From: Allosphingosinicella sp. | Lineage (GTDB): Bacteria > Pseudomonadota > Alphaproteobacteria > Sphingomonadales > Sphingomonadaceae | Direction of reading: 5' to 3' | NCBI GenBank assembly: GCA_036386475.1 | Contig: DASVVQ010000046.1 | Coordinates: 8,624-72,623, forward strand | Length of the DNA: 64,000 nt | Shown: positions 29,131 through 38,270 of the stretch, piece by piece | How positions within the stretch are numbered: the stretch's first letter is position 1 | Layout: each line of letters starts with the position of its first letter | Made by a program: the position numbers and the translations under genes | Notes under the pieces: model-generated | What the model saw: the letters and a program-made list of their open reading frames with translations, nothing else | Database searches by the model: none | Told to the model about the DNA's origin: nothing

Positions 29131-30047
29131 TCGACGACGGCGGCGGCGAGGGCCGGACGCGTTCCTGCCGCCTTTTCCACCATCGCGGTCACCTCGGCGC
29201 GGCGGGCGCCCGCAAGCCGCATGCGTGGCATGCGCACGCGCTCCGAGCCTCTCCCCATGAGCTGCTCGGCGAGCTTGATCGACTGGACGAGGTCGTGCTC
29301 GGCATCGAGGTGGAGGAGCGGCATGAACCACCGATAGATGGCACGGGCAGTCGCGAGATCGCCGCGCTCGAAGGCGGCGAAGAGCGCGACAGACTCGCGC
29401 GGGAAGGCGCTGGTGACGCCGGAGACCCAGCCGGCGGCGCCGAGGATGAGGCCCTCGAGCGCAATGTCGTCCAGGCCGGCCATAAGGGTGAAGCGATCGC
29501 CGAAGCGGTTGACGAGATCGGTGAAGCGGCGCGGGTCCGGCGCGCTCTCCTTGATCGCGGCGACGTTGGCCACGTCCGCCAGCCGCTCGAGCACCTCGAA
29601 GCCGATCGCGACGCGATAGGCGGGCGGATTGTTGTAGAGCATGATCGGCAGCGAGGTGGCCGCGGCCACGGCGCGAAAATGTTCGTACAGCTCCTCCGGC
29701 TTGGGGACGTAGACCATGGCCGGAAGAAGCATCAACGCATCGACACCGATCGCCTCGGCGTCGCGCGCGAAGGCGATCGCGCGGGGCGTGGTCAGCTCCG
29801 AGACTCCGGCGACCAGCGGCACCCGACCGCCGACCGCCGCGACGGCCGCACGCAGGATCTCGCGCTTTTCGGCAGGCTCCAGCGAATTGTTCTCGCCGCA
29901 GGTGCCGAGGAGGATGAGGCCGTCGACGCCGTCGGTTACGAGCGCGCGCTGCACGGCTGCGGTCGCGGCGAGGTCGACCGACAGGTCCTCGGCAAATTGG
30001 GTCGTCGCGGCAGGATAGACGCCGTGCCAGAGCGGACGTGAAGTCAC
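29127..30047 (-). CDS. DapA-like protein, probable pyrroline-4-hydroxy-2-carboxylate deaminase
   Basis: WHGVYPAATTQF, LGTCGEN, MLYNNP, AIKES. GTG start with GAGGA RBS; coupled to the epimerase gene. Confidence 0.85.
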   Translation of the reverse strand: MTSRPLWHGVYPAATTQFAEDLSVDLAATAAVQRALVTDGVDGLILLGTCGENNSLEPAEKREILRAAVAAVGGRVPLVAGVSELTTPRAIAFARDAEAIGVDALMLLPAMVYVPKPEELYEHFRAVAAATSLPIMLYNNPPAYRVAIGFEVLERLADVANVAAIKESAPDPRRFTDLVNRFGDRFTLMAGLDDIALEGLILGAAGWVSGVTSAFPRESVALFAAFERGDLATARAIYRWFMPLLHLDAEHDLVQSIKLAEQLMGRGSERVRMPRMRLAGARRAEVTAMVEKAAGTRPALAAAVVE

Positions 30048-30070
30048 GAGCTGCTTCCTCATTGCTGGTA

Positions 30071-30087
30071 GAAATCGTATACTATAT
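30071..30087. promoter_or_regulatory. AT-rich divergent promoter with GTATAC palindrome, candidate GntR operator
   Basis: gaaatcGTATACtatat in the short gap between the divergent hydroxyproline genes. Confidence 0.3.
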
Positions 30088-30097
30088 GGCCGCTCGC

Positions 30098-31336
30098 ATG
30101 TCAGCCCCCGCGAAGATCGGCAGCGTCATCGTCGTCGGCGGCGGCTCCATCGGCATGAGCTGCGCGCTCTCGCTGCAGTCTCGCGGCATCGCGGCGACCG
30201 TGGTCGATCCCGGGACGCTGCGACCGGCGTCGCTCGGCAATGCCGGCCATATCGCCGTCGAGCAAGTGGAGCCGCTCGCGTCCCTGGCGACGCTGCGGAG
30301 CTTGCCGCGCATGCTCTTCTCGCGCGGTGGGCCGGTCTCGCTCATGCCTCGCGAGATCGGGGCCTGGCTGCCCTTCGCACTTCGCTTCGTGCGTGCCGCG
30401 ACGCCGTCGCGCTTTCGCGCCGGGAGGACGGCGCTCTCCAGCATTGCTGCAGCCGCATTGCCGGCGTGGCGGCGCCAGCTCGAGCGCGCCGGCGCGGCCG
30501 ATCTGCTCCTCGACTGCGGCCATTATGCGGTGTGGGAGACCAGGGACGCCGCCGCATCGGGGCGTCGGCGCTGGGCCGAAACCGATACCGGCGCGGTGAT
30601 CGTGCGCGACGCGTCCGGCGACGAACTGGAGCGAGTTGCCGCGCTGCTGCGCGTCCCGCTCGCAGGTGGAGTCCGCTTCGACGGGAGCGCGCAGATCGCC
30701 GATCTCGACCTGCTCGCCGCTGCGCTCCTGCACGCGTTCGACGCCGGCGGCGGCGTGCGCGTGCGCGGCGCCGCGGGGCGAGTCTCGCCGCGCTCGGTGA
30801 CCCTCGAGACGGGCGAGCGACTGGACGCGGACGCGGTGCTGGTCGCGGCAGGCGCGGCGTCCGGCCGGCTGCTTCCGCGACATTTCGTGCCGATGATCGC
30901 GGAGCGCGGTTATCACCTCCAGACGGCCGAGAGCGAATGGCCGCTCGATCTGCCGCCGGTGGTGTTCGAGGAACGCTCGGTCGTCGTCACCCGCTTCCGC
31001 TCCGGCCTGCGCGCGGCCGGCTTCTTCGAGTTCGCCCGCGCCGACGCGCGGCCCGATCCGCGCAAGTGGGCGCGGCTGCGCGCGCATCTCGACGCGCTCG
31101 GCATCTGCGTTCCGGACGCGGCCGAGTGGACCGGCGCTCGCCCTACCCTCCCGGATTATCTCCCGGTGATCGGGCGCACCAACGAAGGCCTGTTCTATGC
31201 CTTCGGGCACCAGCATCTCGGCCTCACCCTCGCCGCCGCGACCGGCGAGGCGATCGCCGCGCTCGCCGCTGGCGAAGCGCCCGAATTCGATCTATTCCCG
31301 TTCAGGATCGAGCGGTTCGGGAGGCGGCGCGGGTGA
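30098..31336 (+). CDS. FAD-dependent D-amino acid dehydrogenase, probable D-hydroxyproline dehydrogenase
   Basis: VIVVGGGSIG, ASLGNAGHI, ERGYHL, WTGARPTLPDYLPVIG, AFGHQHLGLTLAA; context with the epimerase. Confidence 0.82.
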   Translation: MSAPAKIGSVIVVGGGSIGMSCALSLQSRGIAATVVDPGTLRPASLGNAGHIAVEQVEPLASLATLRSLPRMLFSRGGPVSLMPREIGAWLPFALRFVRAATPSRFRAGRTALSSIAAAALPAWRRQLERAGAADLLLDCGHYAVWETRDAAASGRRRWAETDTGAVIVRDASGDELERVAALLRVPLAGGVRFDGSAQIADLDLLAAALLHAFDAGGGVRVRGAAGRVSPRSVTLETGERLDADAVLVAAGAASGRLLPRHFVPMIAERGYHLQTAESEWPLDLPPVVFEERSVVVTRFRSGLRAAGFFEFARADARPDPRKWARLRAHLDALGICVPDAAEWTGARPTLPDYLPVIGRTNEGLFYAFGHQHLGLTLAAATGEAIAALAAGEAPEFDLFPFRIERFGRRRG

Positions 31337-32523
31337 CGAGGGGTGTCGGCGGATCGGACGCAGCGGCCGAGCTGGCGAAGCTGTCGCCCTGGTCGGACTG
31401 TGCGCCGCCCATCTCCCCCGAAGAGCGCGCCGGCCGCGCCGAACAGGCGCGTCGGCTGATGCGCGAGGAGGGCTCCGACGCCTTGCTGATCGGCGCGGGC
31501 GCGAGCCTCCGCTATTTCAGCGGCATTTCCTGGGGAGCGAGCGAGCGCCTGGTTGCGATGCTGCTGCCGCGCGAGGGCCGGCCCATCCTCCTCGCCCCGG
31601 CCTTCGAGCAGGGATCGCTGGAAGCGGAGCTCGCCGTGGACGCGGAGCTGCGCCTCTGGGAGGAGGATGAAAGCCCGTCCGCGATCGTCTCAGACCTGAT
31701 CGGCGGGGGCACGCTGGCTGTCGACCCGGCAATGGCCTTCGTGCTGGTCGAGCGCATCCGCAAAGCGGCACCGTCGGCGACCCTCGTCGATGGCTCGGCG
31801 ATCGTCGACGGCTGCCGCAGCCGCAAGTCGGAGGCGGAGCTCGGGCTGATGCGGCAAGCGAAGCGGATGACGCTCGAGGTCCAGCGCAGCGCGGCGCGCA
31901 TCCTTGCGGAAGGGATGCGCTCCAGCGAAGTGCGCCGCTTCATCGACGAGGCGCACCGCGCGCTGGGCGCGGGGGCAAGCAGCTTCTGCATCGTCCAGTT
32001 CGGTCGCTCGACCGCCTTTCCGCATGGGCTTCCAGGCGACGACGTCCTGCGCGCAGGCGACATGGTGCTGATCGACACGGGCTGCGCGGTCCAGGGCTAT
32101 CACAGCGACATCACCCGCTCCTACGTCTTCGGTGTGCCCACGGAGGAGCAGCGGCGGGTATGGGAAGTCGAGCAGGAAGCCCAACAGGCGGCCTTCGACG
32201 CGGTGCGGCCGGGCACGGCCTGCGAGGAGATCGACGCCGCCGCCCGGCGCGTGCTGGAGCGCCATAGCTTCGGCCCCGGCTACAGGCTTCCGGGACTCCC
32301 GCATCGGACAGGGCACGGCATCGGCCTGTCGATCCACGAGGCGCCCTATCTGGTGCGCGGCGACAGGACGCCGCTTGAGCCCGGCATGTGCTTTTCGAAC
32401 GAGCCGATGATTGTCGTCCCGGACCGGTTCGGCATCCGGCTCGAGGACCATTTCCACGTGACCGACGACGGCGCGCGCTGGTTCACCGAGCCGATGCCGT
32501 CGATCGACGAACCGTTCGGCTGA
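31333..32523 (+). CDS. Xaa-Pro peptidase (M24 family)
   Basis: Creatinase N-domain plus metal ligands LIDTG...YHSDITR, HRTGHGIG, FSNEP, IRLED. GTG start overlaps the upstream TGA. Confidence 0.92.
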   Translation: MTRGVGGSDAAAELAKLSPWSDCAPPISPEERAGRAEQARRLMREEGSDALLIGAGASLRYFSGISWGASERLVAMLLPREGRPILLAPAFEQGSLEAELAVDAELRLWEEDESPSAIVSDLIGGGTLAVDPAMAFVLVERIRKAAPSATLVDGSAIVDGCRSRKSEAELGLMRQAKRMTLEVQRSAARILAEGMRSSEVRRFIDEAHRALGAGASSFCIVQFGRSTAFPHGLPGDDVLRAGDMVLIDTGCAVQGYHSDITRSYVFGVPTEEQRRVWEVEQEAQQAAFDAVRPGTACEEIDAAARRVLERHSFGPGYRLPGLPHRTGHGIGLSIHEAPYLVRGDRTPLEPGMCFSNEPMIVVPDRFGIRLEDHFHVTDDGARWFTEPMPSIDEPFG

Positions 32524-32533
32524 GCGAGGCTCG

Positions 32534-34285
32534 TCACTCCTCCTCTGGCCAGGGGCTGGGGCCGCCCTCGGCGATGAAGCGGTCGATGCGGGCGTGCAGC
32601 ACGGGCAGCGGCACCGAGCCGAGCTCGAGCACGGTGTCGTGGAAGCGGCGGATGTCGAAGCGGTCGCCCAATGCGCGCGTCGCGCGGGCGCGGGCCTCCT
32701 CGATCGCCATCTGGCCGAGATAGTAAGAGAGGGCCTGGCCCGGCCAGGCGATGTAGCGGTCGACTTCGGTCTCGATCTCGTGACGCGAGAGCGCGGTATT
32801 GTCGGTCATGAAGGCGCGGGCCTGGTCGCGGGTCCAGCCCTTTGCGTGAAGGCCGGTGTCGACGACGAGACGCGCCGCGCGCCACATCTGGTAGGAGAGC
32901 ATGCCGAAGCGGTCGTAGGGCGTCTCGTACATGCCCATCTCGACGCCGAGCTTCTCGGCGTAGAGCGCCCAGCCCTCGCCATAGGCAGAAATGTAATATT
33001 CCCGGCGGAACTCCGGATGGCGGCGGTTCTCGGCGGCCAGCGACATCTGCATCGCATGCCCGGGCGCCGCTTCGTGGAGAGTGAGCGCGCGCAGCGAATA
33101 GAGGGGACGCGAGGGCAAATCGTAGGTGTTGATAAGATAGCCGCCGGGGCCGCCGCGGCCCGACGTGTAGAAAGGCGCGATGTCGTCGGGAACGGGACGG
33201 ATGGCGAAACGGGCGCGGGGCTGGCGGCCGAACCAGCGCGAGGCGATGCCGTCGAACTGCTTGGCGATCCAGGCGCCTTCGCGCAGCAGCTGCTCCGGCG
33301 TCGTCGCGTAGAAACGTGGATCGGTGCGGAGAAAGGCGAGGAAGGCCGGCAGGTCCCCCTCGAAATTCACCTCCCGCATCACCTCGTGCATCTGGGCGCG
33401 GATCGTCGCGACCTGCTCGAGGCCGATCTGGTGGATCCGCTCCGGCGTCAGATCGAGTGTGGTGAATTCGCGAATCTTGGACTGGTAGTAGGCGGGACCG
33501 TCCGGGAGCGTCGTCGCGGCGAGCTCGGTACGAGCGCCCGGAATATATTCGCTGCGCATGAAGCGCAGGGTCTCGGCATGGGCCGGGATGACGGCGCTGC
33601 GAATCGCCTCCACGGCCTGCGCGCGCAGCTCTTCCTGGCGAGCGGCGGGCACCGCGCCGGACATATTGCGAAAGGGCTCGTACCAGACCGTCTGATCGGG
33701 GTTCGCGGCCTCGGCGACGGAGGCAAGCGATGCGTCGCGGCCTTCGAGCGTGATTCGCGGCGGCGTGAAGCCGCGAGCGAGGCCGGCGCGCATGTTCTGC
33801 GTCTGCTCGCGGAAATAACGCGGCATGTCGCGAAGCATCGAGACGTAGTTGCGATATTCCTCCTCGGTCCTCAGCGGACGGCGGGCGGCGAAGGCGAGGT
33901 CGCTCCAGAAGGCGCTGTCCGAATTGAGCGGCTTCTCCCAGTCGCGAAAGCGCTGCGACGCCGCGAGCGTTTCGATCTGGTAGCGATAGACATCGTAGTC
34001 GAGCCGCCGATCGGGCGGCAAGGCGCCGCGGTCGATCCGGGCGAGCTCTGCCAAGACCTGTTCCCAGTAGCGCAGGCGCGCTTCCTGCGTCCGCGGCGTC
34101 ACGTCCGGGAGGCGCGGGCGGACGCGCTGCTCGTCCTCGCCGCCGCCTTCCTGCGACTGTCGCCAGCGCCACTCGCGTTCGTACAGCGCCTTGAAGCGGG
34201 CCTCGGCGGCGTCCGGCATGGGCTGGACGGCGGCGGCGAGAACGATTGCGGCGACGGGCAGAGCCGTACGGAGGAGCCTGTGCAT
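32534..34285 (-). CDS. DUF885 family protein, copy 3
   Basis: Signal peptide; HEAAPGH, YGEGWALYAE, RLVVDTGLH, WPGQALSY. Confidence 0.92.
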   Translation of the reverse strand: MHRLLRTALPVAAIVLAAAVQPMPDAAEARFKALYEREWRWRQSQEGGGEDEQRVRPRLPDVTPRTQEARLRYWEQVLAELARIDRGALPPDRRLDYDVYRYQIETLAASQRFRDWEKPLNSDSAFWSDLAFAARRPLRTEEEYRNYVSMLRDMPRYFREQTQNMRAGLARGFTPPRITLEGRDASLASVAEAANPDQTVWYEPFRNMSGAVPAARQEELRAQAVEAIRSAVIPAHAETLRFMRSEYIPGARTELAATTLPDGPAYYQSKIREFTTLDLTPERIHQIGLEQVATIRAQMHEVMREVNFEGDLPAFLAFLRTDPRFYATTPEQLLREGAWIAKQFDGIASRWFGRQPRARFAIRPVPDDIAPFYTSGRGGPGGYLINTYDLPSRPLYSLRALTLHEAAPGHAMQMSLAAENRRHPEFRREYYISAYGEGWALYAEKLGVEMGMYETPYDRFGMLSYQMWRAARLVVDTGLHAKGWTRDQARAFMTDNTALSRHEIETEVDRYIAWPGQALSYYLGQMAIEEARARATRALGDRFDIRRFHDTVLELGSVPLPVLHARIDRFIAEGGPSPWPEEE

Positions 34286-34416
34286 GGAAATGGATGATAG
34301 ACGTACGGAGGCGCGGTTCAACAGGCTGACCGCGCGTCGCGGCTGTTCGGGCTGCGATGGCAGACCGTCCGCCGCCCGCCGAGCAAGCGACCGGGCCGTT
34401 CACTCGCCGGACTAGG

Positions 34417-35118
34417 CTATTCCTGCTCCGGCGCCGCTCCGCCCACCACCATCTCGACCAGCCGCGCCAGCGCGGTCGTGTCGAGGATGACGATGCGCCG
34501 GCGCTCCTGCGCGAGGATGCCCTTGTCGGCGAGCTCGCCCATTTCCCGGGTCACGGCTTCGCGGTGCGTCCCGATTCGGGCGGCGAGGTCGGCATGGGTC
34601 GGCGCAGGCTCGATGGCGACCCGGGTCGAGTCGCTGCCGGCGCACAGGCGCAGCAACTCGCAGTGAAGGCGGCTGCTGACACGCAGCGCGTTGAGCTCGA
34701 ACACCTTTTCGGTCAGATCTCGAACCTGCGCCGTCAAGCGTCGGGCGAGCCAGATCGAAGATTCCGGATCCGCCGCGACGGCTTCGCGGAAGGCGGCCGC
34801 GCCGATGCTGGCGAGGGTACAGCTCGAGACCGCGACGATGGTGGCGGAGCGCGGCTGGCCGTCGATGGCGGCGAGCTCGCCGAACATTGCGCCTTCGCCC
34901 AGGCTCCTCAAAATGACTTCGCGGCCGGCGAGCGAGTAGAGCGTCACCCGCACACGGCCCTTGAGCACGACATAGACGTGATCCGAACGCGCGCCGGACG
35001 ATACCAGCGTTCGCCCCGGCTTCGCGCTCATGGTTGTAGCAGCCGCCCAGAGGCGCTCGGCAAGCGCTCTCGGCAGCCCGCTCATCGCCGGCGGCAGGCC
35101 GAACGAAAGGGTGTTCAC
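34417..35118 (-). CDS. Crp/Fnr family transcriptional regulator
   Basis: GTG start with GGAGG RBS; cNMP-binding cassette FGELAAIDGQPRSAT; HTH THADLAARIGTHREAVTRE. Confidence 0.92.
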   Translation of the reverse strand: MNTLSFGLPPAMSGLPRALAERLWAAATTMSAKPGRTLVSSGARSDHVYVVLKGRVRVTLYSLAGREVILRSLGEGAMFGELAAIDGQPRSATIVAVSSCTLASIGAAAFREAVAADPESSIWLARRLTAQVRDLTEKVFELNALRVSSRLHCELLRLCAGSDSTRVAIEPAPTHADLAARIGTHREAVTREMGELADKGILAQERRRIVILDTTALARLVEMVVGGAAPEQE

Positions 35119-35261
35119 CGGCTCCTCCCTAGTCCGCCCAGTTTGCGCCACCGAAGGGCGACATGCAATTGCTACGCAACCGGAGCGAGTTTTTGCTTGT
35201 ATCGCGTCCGAAGTGGGCAAATGATAAGCAACTACCGGCAAGACCATCGAGGGGGAGGTCC

Positions 35262-38200
35262 ATGCCTGCACAGCCTCTCGAGGCCTTGAACGTCCATGCC
35301 GCGCCAACTGACGGTCCGCGGCGTCGCTATCTTTCGATTCTTTTTTCGGACCTGTCTGAATCGACCCGCCTTGCCAGCCGGCTCGAGGCCGAAGAGTATT
35401 TGGACCTGCTCGCACGCCTCGGGGCCGTCTATCATGCCGTAGTCGCGCGCCACGGCGGCACTGTGGCGCAGATCAGCGGAGACGGCATGCTCGCTTTGTT
35501 CGGCTATCCGGAAGCGCGCGAGGGCGACGGCCGCCGCGCGGTGGAGGCGGCGCTGGAACTCGATGCGGCCGTCGCCTTGCTTGGGACGGGCGGGCGCGGC
35601 GAGGGACCGCTCCGCCTCCATAGCGGCATCCACGCGGGGCTCGTGCTCCTCCAGAGCGGCGACCAATGCCGCGGCCGCTTCGAATTGCTCGGCTGCGCTA
35701 CGAACATCGCCTCGCGGCTGTGCAGTGTTGCCGCTCCGGGCGAAATCCTGGTCAGCGAGGAGACGTTGGGGCCCGAGCGTCACCTGTTCGCAACGAGCGC
35801 GCGCAGCCGGCTGCGCTTGCGGGGCGCCGACGAGCCGGTGCTGACGCTTGCAGTCACTGGACGCGCCGTCGAGGCGCGGAGCGAACCGGCGCCGTTCGTC
35901 GGGCGCGACGCAGAGCTCGCGGCTCTCGCCGCCGACTTCGCCGCGGCCAGAGTCGGCGGGCCGCGAATTACGATCGTCGAGGGTCCGCCTGGCGTCGGCA
36001 AGACCCGCCTCGTCGAGGAATTCCTGCGGCGAGCCGGCGCCGAGGGCTGCGCGATCCACCGCGGCAACTGCGAATCCTCGGCCGAGCCGCTCCGCCCGTT
36101 TCTCGAGATCGCGCGCTCGCTGCTCGGCGTCGCCGGCGACGATCCGCCCGACGTGGACACGGCCGCGTGTGCGCTCGCCGGGATCGATCCTGGGCTTGCG
36201 GACCTGGCGCCGGCTCTTTGCCGGCTGCTCTCGCCGCGGCGCCAATCGACGCCCGGCGACGCGGCCGCGCTCGCCGAGCTGATCGCGCACGCCGGGACGC
36301 TGGGACCGCTCGTCCTGTTCGTCGACGACTGGCACGCGGCCGACGATGCCAGTCGCGAGATGATGGCGCTGCTGCGCACCCTCGAGAAGGGCGCTGTGCT
36401 CGTGCTCGCGACCGCCCGGCCCGATCCAAGGATCGACGGACTATCGGAGGGACTCGAGCGCCTGCGTCTGGCGCCGCTTACCGCGGCGGAGACGGCGGCA
36501 GCGGTCGCCGGCTTGCTGCCCTCCGCCGATCCATTCACGGTCGAGGAAATCGGCGCGGCTTCGGGCGGCAACCCCCTCTTTATCGAGGAGCTCTGCCACG
36601 CAATGGCGGCCGGAGAACGGCACGAGCGCCCGCAGGGCTGCACGCCCTGGCTCGCCAACCTCATCGAATCGCGCGTGTCGCGCCTGCCGCCGGCGGCCGC
36701 CGAGCTCCTTCGCGTCGCCGCGGTGATCGGCAATTCGGTGCCGGCTTGGCTGCTCGAAGCGATCGCCGGCCGCGGCGAGGGCGACCCGTTGGTCCGCTCG
36801 CTCGCCGAGGCGGATTTCCTGTACCCGGGGGAGCGCCCGGGGACGCTGCGCTTCAAGCACGGCATCACTCGCGAGGTGATCTACGATTCGGTCGGCCTCC
36901 ACCAGCGCCGCGGCCGTCACGCCGATATCGCAGCGGCTCTCCGCGCCCGTGCGTCGGCGGCCGGAGAGGACGAGCCTGTCGAGGCTCTCGCTTACCATTT
37001 CGGCGCCGCGGACGAGCTAAACGCAACGGTCCTCTACGCAGAGCAGGCCGGCGACAAGGCGATGGCCGCCTCGGCTCTGGACCGTGCACAGGGCTATTAC
37101 CGCGCCGCACTCGACGCGCTCGAGCGGCTCGAAGATTCGGACGAAAACGCGGCGCGCTGGGATCGGATCGCGCAGCGCTTCGGTCTCGCGGGAGTGTTCG
37201 ATCCGGCCCGCGACCAGCTGCAAGTGTTCGAGCGCGCGATCGAGCGCGCCGGCGCGCGCCGCGACCCGGTCGCGCTTGCCTGGGCAGAATATTGGCTCGG
37301 CTACATCAATTACGGCCTCGGCGAACCGGAAACGGCGAGCGACCATTGCTCGCGCGCGCTCGAATCCGCTCTCGGAACCGGCGACGACCGCCTCGTCGTC
37401 CAAATCCGCGCCACGCTCGGCCAGGCCAAGGCAGCCGCCTGCGACTATCGCGGCGCCCTGCTGCTGCTCGACGAAGCGATCGAGGTGAAGCGCCGCCACC
37501 GCACCGGCCAGCACGCCTCGGTCGGCTTCGCCTATTCGCTTGCCTCCAAGGCATTCGTTCTCGGCGACATGGGCCGCTTTGCCGAGGCGGAGGCGGGTTT
37601 TTCGGAGGCGATGGACGCGGTGCGCGGCGCCGATCACGAGGTCGAGGGGTCGGTGCTGTGCAAGCATGCCGGCGTCTACCTTTGGCAGGGACGGCTCGAG
37701 GAGGCCCTGCGCTGCGCTGAGGAGGCGGAGCGAGTGGCGGTGCGCGTCCACAGCGTCTATCTCTATGCGATGAGCCGCGCGCTCGGCAGCTATGCGCTAT
37801 GGTCGCTCGAGGCCGGCGACGGCCCGATCGAGACCCTGGTCGAGGCGACGGGCTGGCTCGAGGCGAAGGGCCGCGGACTCTACGCCTCGCTCCCCTATGG
37901 CTGGCTCGCCGATGCTCTGGCGAGGCGAGGCGATCCCTCCGGCTCCCGCCGTTACGCCGCCCGCGCCTTGCGCCGCGCGGAAAAAGGCGACCGCCTCGGC
38001 GAGGCGATGGCGTGGCGCGCCATGGCGCGGTCGGCGGCGGCGAGAGGCGCACGGGAAACCTCGCACCGGTGCCTGGAGCGCGCCGAAGCTGCCGGCGCAG
38101 CCCGCGCAGCTGCGCACGAAGCCGCGGCGACGCGGCTCTGCGCCGCCGAGATCGCCGCGGCATCGGGCGACACCGAGCTCGTGCCTCGGCTCGACGCGAT

Positions 38201-38270
38201 GGCCCGTGCCGAAGCCGAGGCGCGCCGCCGCGCCGCTCGCATCAGGTGCCGGGCAGGCGCGGGATCGTAA
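35262..38270 (+). CDS. Class III nucleotide cyclase - AAA/STAND-like ATPase - TPR protein
   Basis: LFSDLSES, AQISGDGMLALFG, GIHAG, GCATNIASRL; Walker A EGPPGVGKT, Walker B LFVDDWH; SGGNPLFIEEL; FKHGITREVIY; C-terminal helical repeats. Confidence 0.9.
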   Translation: MPAQPLEALNVHAAPTDGPRRRYLSILFSDLSESTRLASRLEAEEYLDLLARLGAVYHAVVARHGGTVAQISGDGMLALFGYPEAREGDGRRAVEAALELDAAVALLGTGGRGEGPLRLHSGIHAGLVLLQSGDQCRGRFELLGCATNIASRLCSVAAPGEILVSEETLGPERHLFATSARSRLRLRGADEPVLTLAVTGRAVEARSEPAPFVGRDAELAALAADFAAARVGGPRITIVEGPPGVGKTRLVEEFLRRAGAEGCAIHRGNCESSAEPLRPFLEIARSLLGVAGDDPPDVDTAACALAGIDPGLADLAPALCRLLSPRRQSTPGDAAALAELIAHAGTLGPLVLFVDDWHAADDASREMMALLRTLEKGAVLVLATARPDPRIDGLSEGLERLRLAPLTAAETAAAVAGLLPSADPFTVEEIGAASGGNPLFIEELCHAMAAGERHERPQGCTPWLANLIESRVSRLPPAAAELLRVAAVIGNSVPAWLLEAIAGRGEGDPLVRSLAEADFLYPGERPGTLRFKHGITREVIYDSVGLHQRRGRHADIAAALRARASAAGEDEPVEALAYHFGAADELNATVLYAEQAGDKAMAASALDRAQGYYRAALDALERLEDSDENAARWDRIAQRFGLAGVFDPARDQLQVFERAIERAGARRDPVALAWAEYWLGYINYGLGEPETASDHCSRALESALGTGDDRLVVQIRATLGQAKAAACDYRGALLLLDEAIEVKRRHRTGQHASVGFAYSLASKAFVLGDMGRFAEAEAGFSEAMDAVRGADHEVEGSVLCKHAGVYLWQGRLEEALRCAEEAERVAVRVHSVYLYAMSRALGSYALWSLEAGDGPIETLVEATGWLEAKGRGLYASLPYGWLADALARRGDPSGSRRYAARALRRAEKGDRLGEAMAWRAMARSAAARGARETSHRCLERAEAAGAARAAAHEAAATRLCAAEIAAASGDTELVPRLDAMARAEAEARRRAARIRCRAGAGS

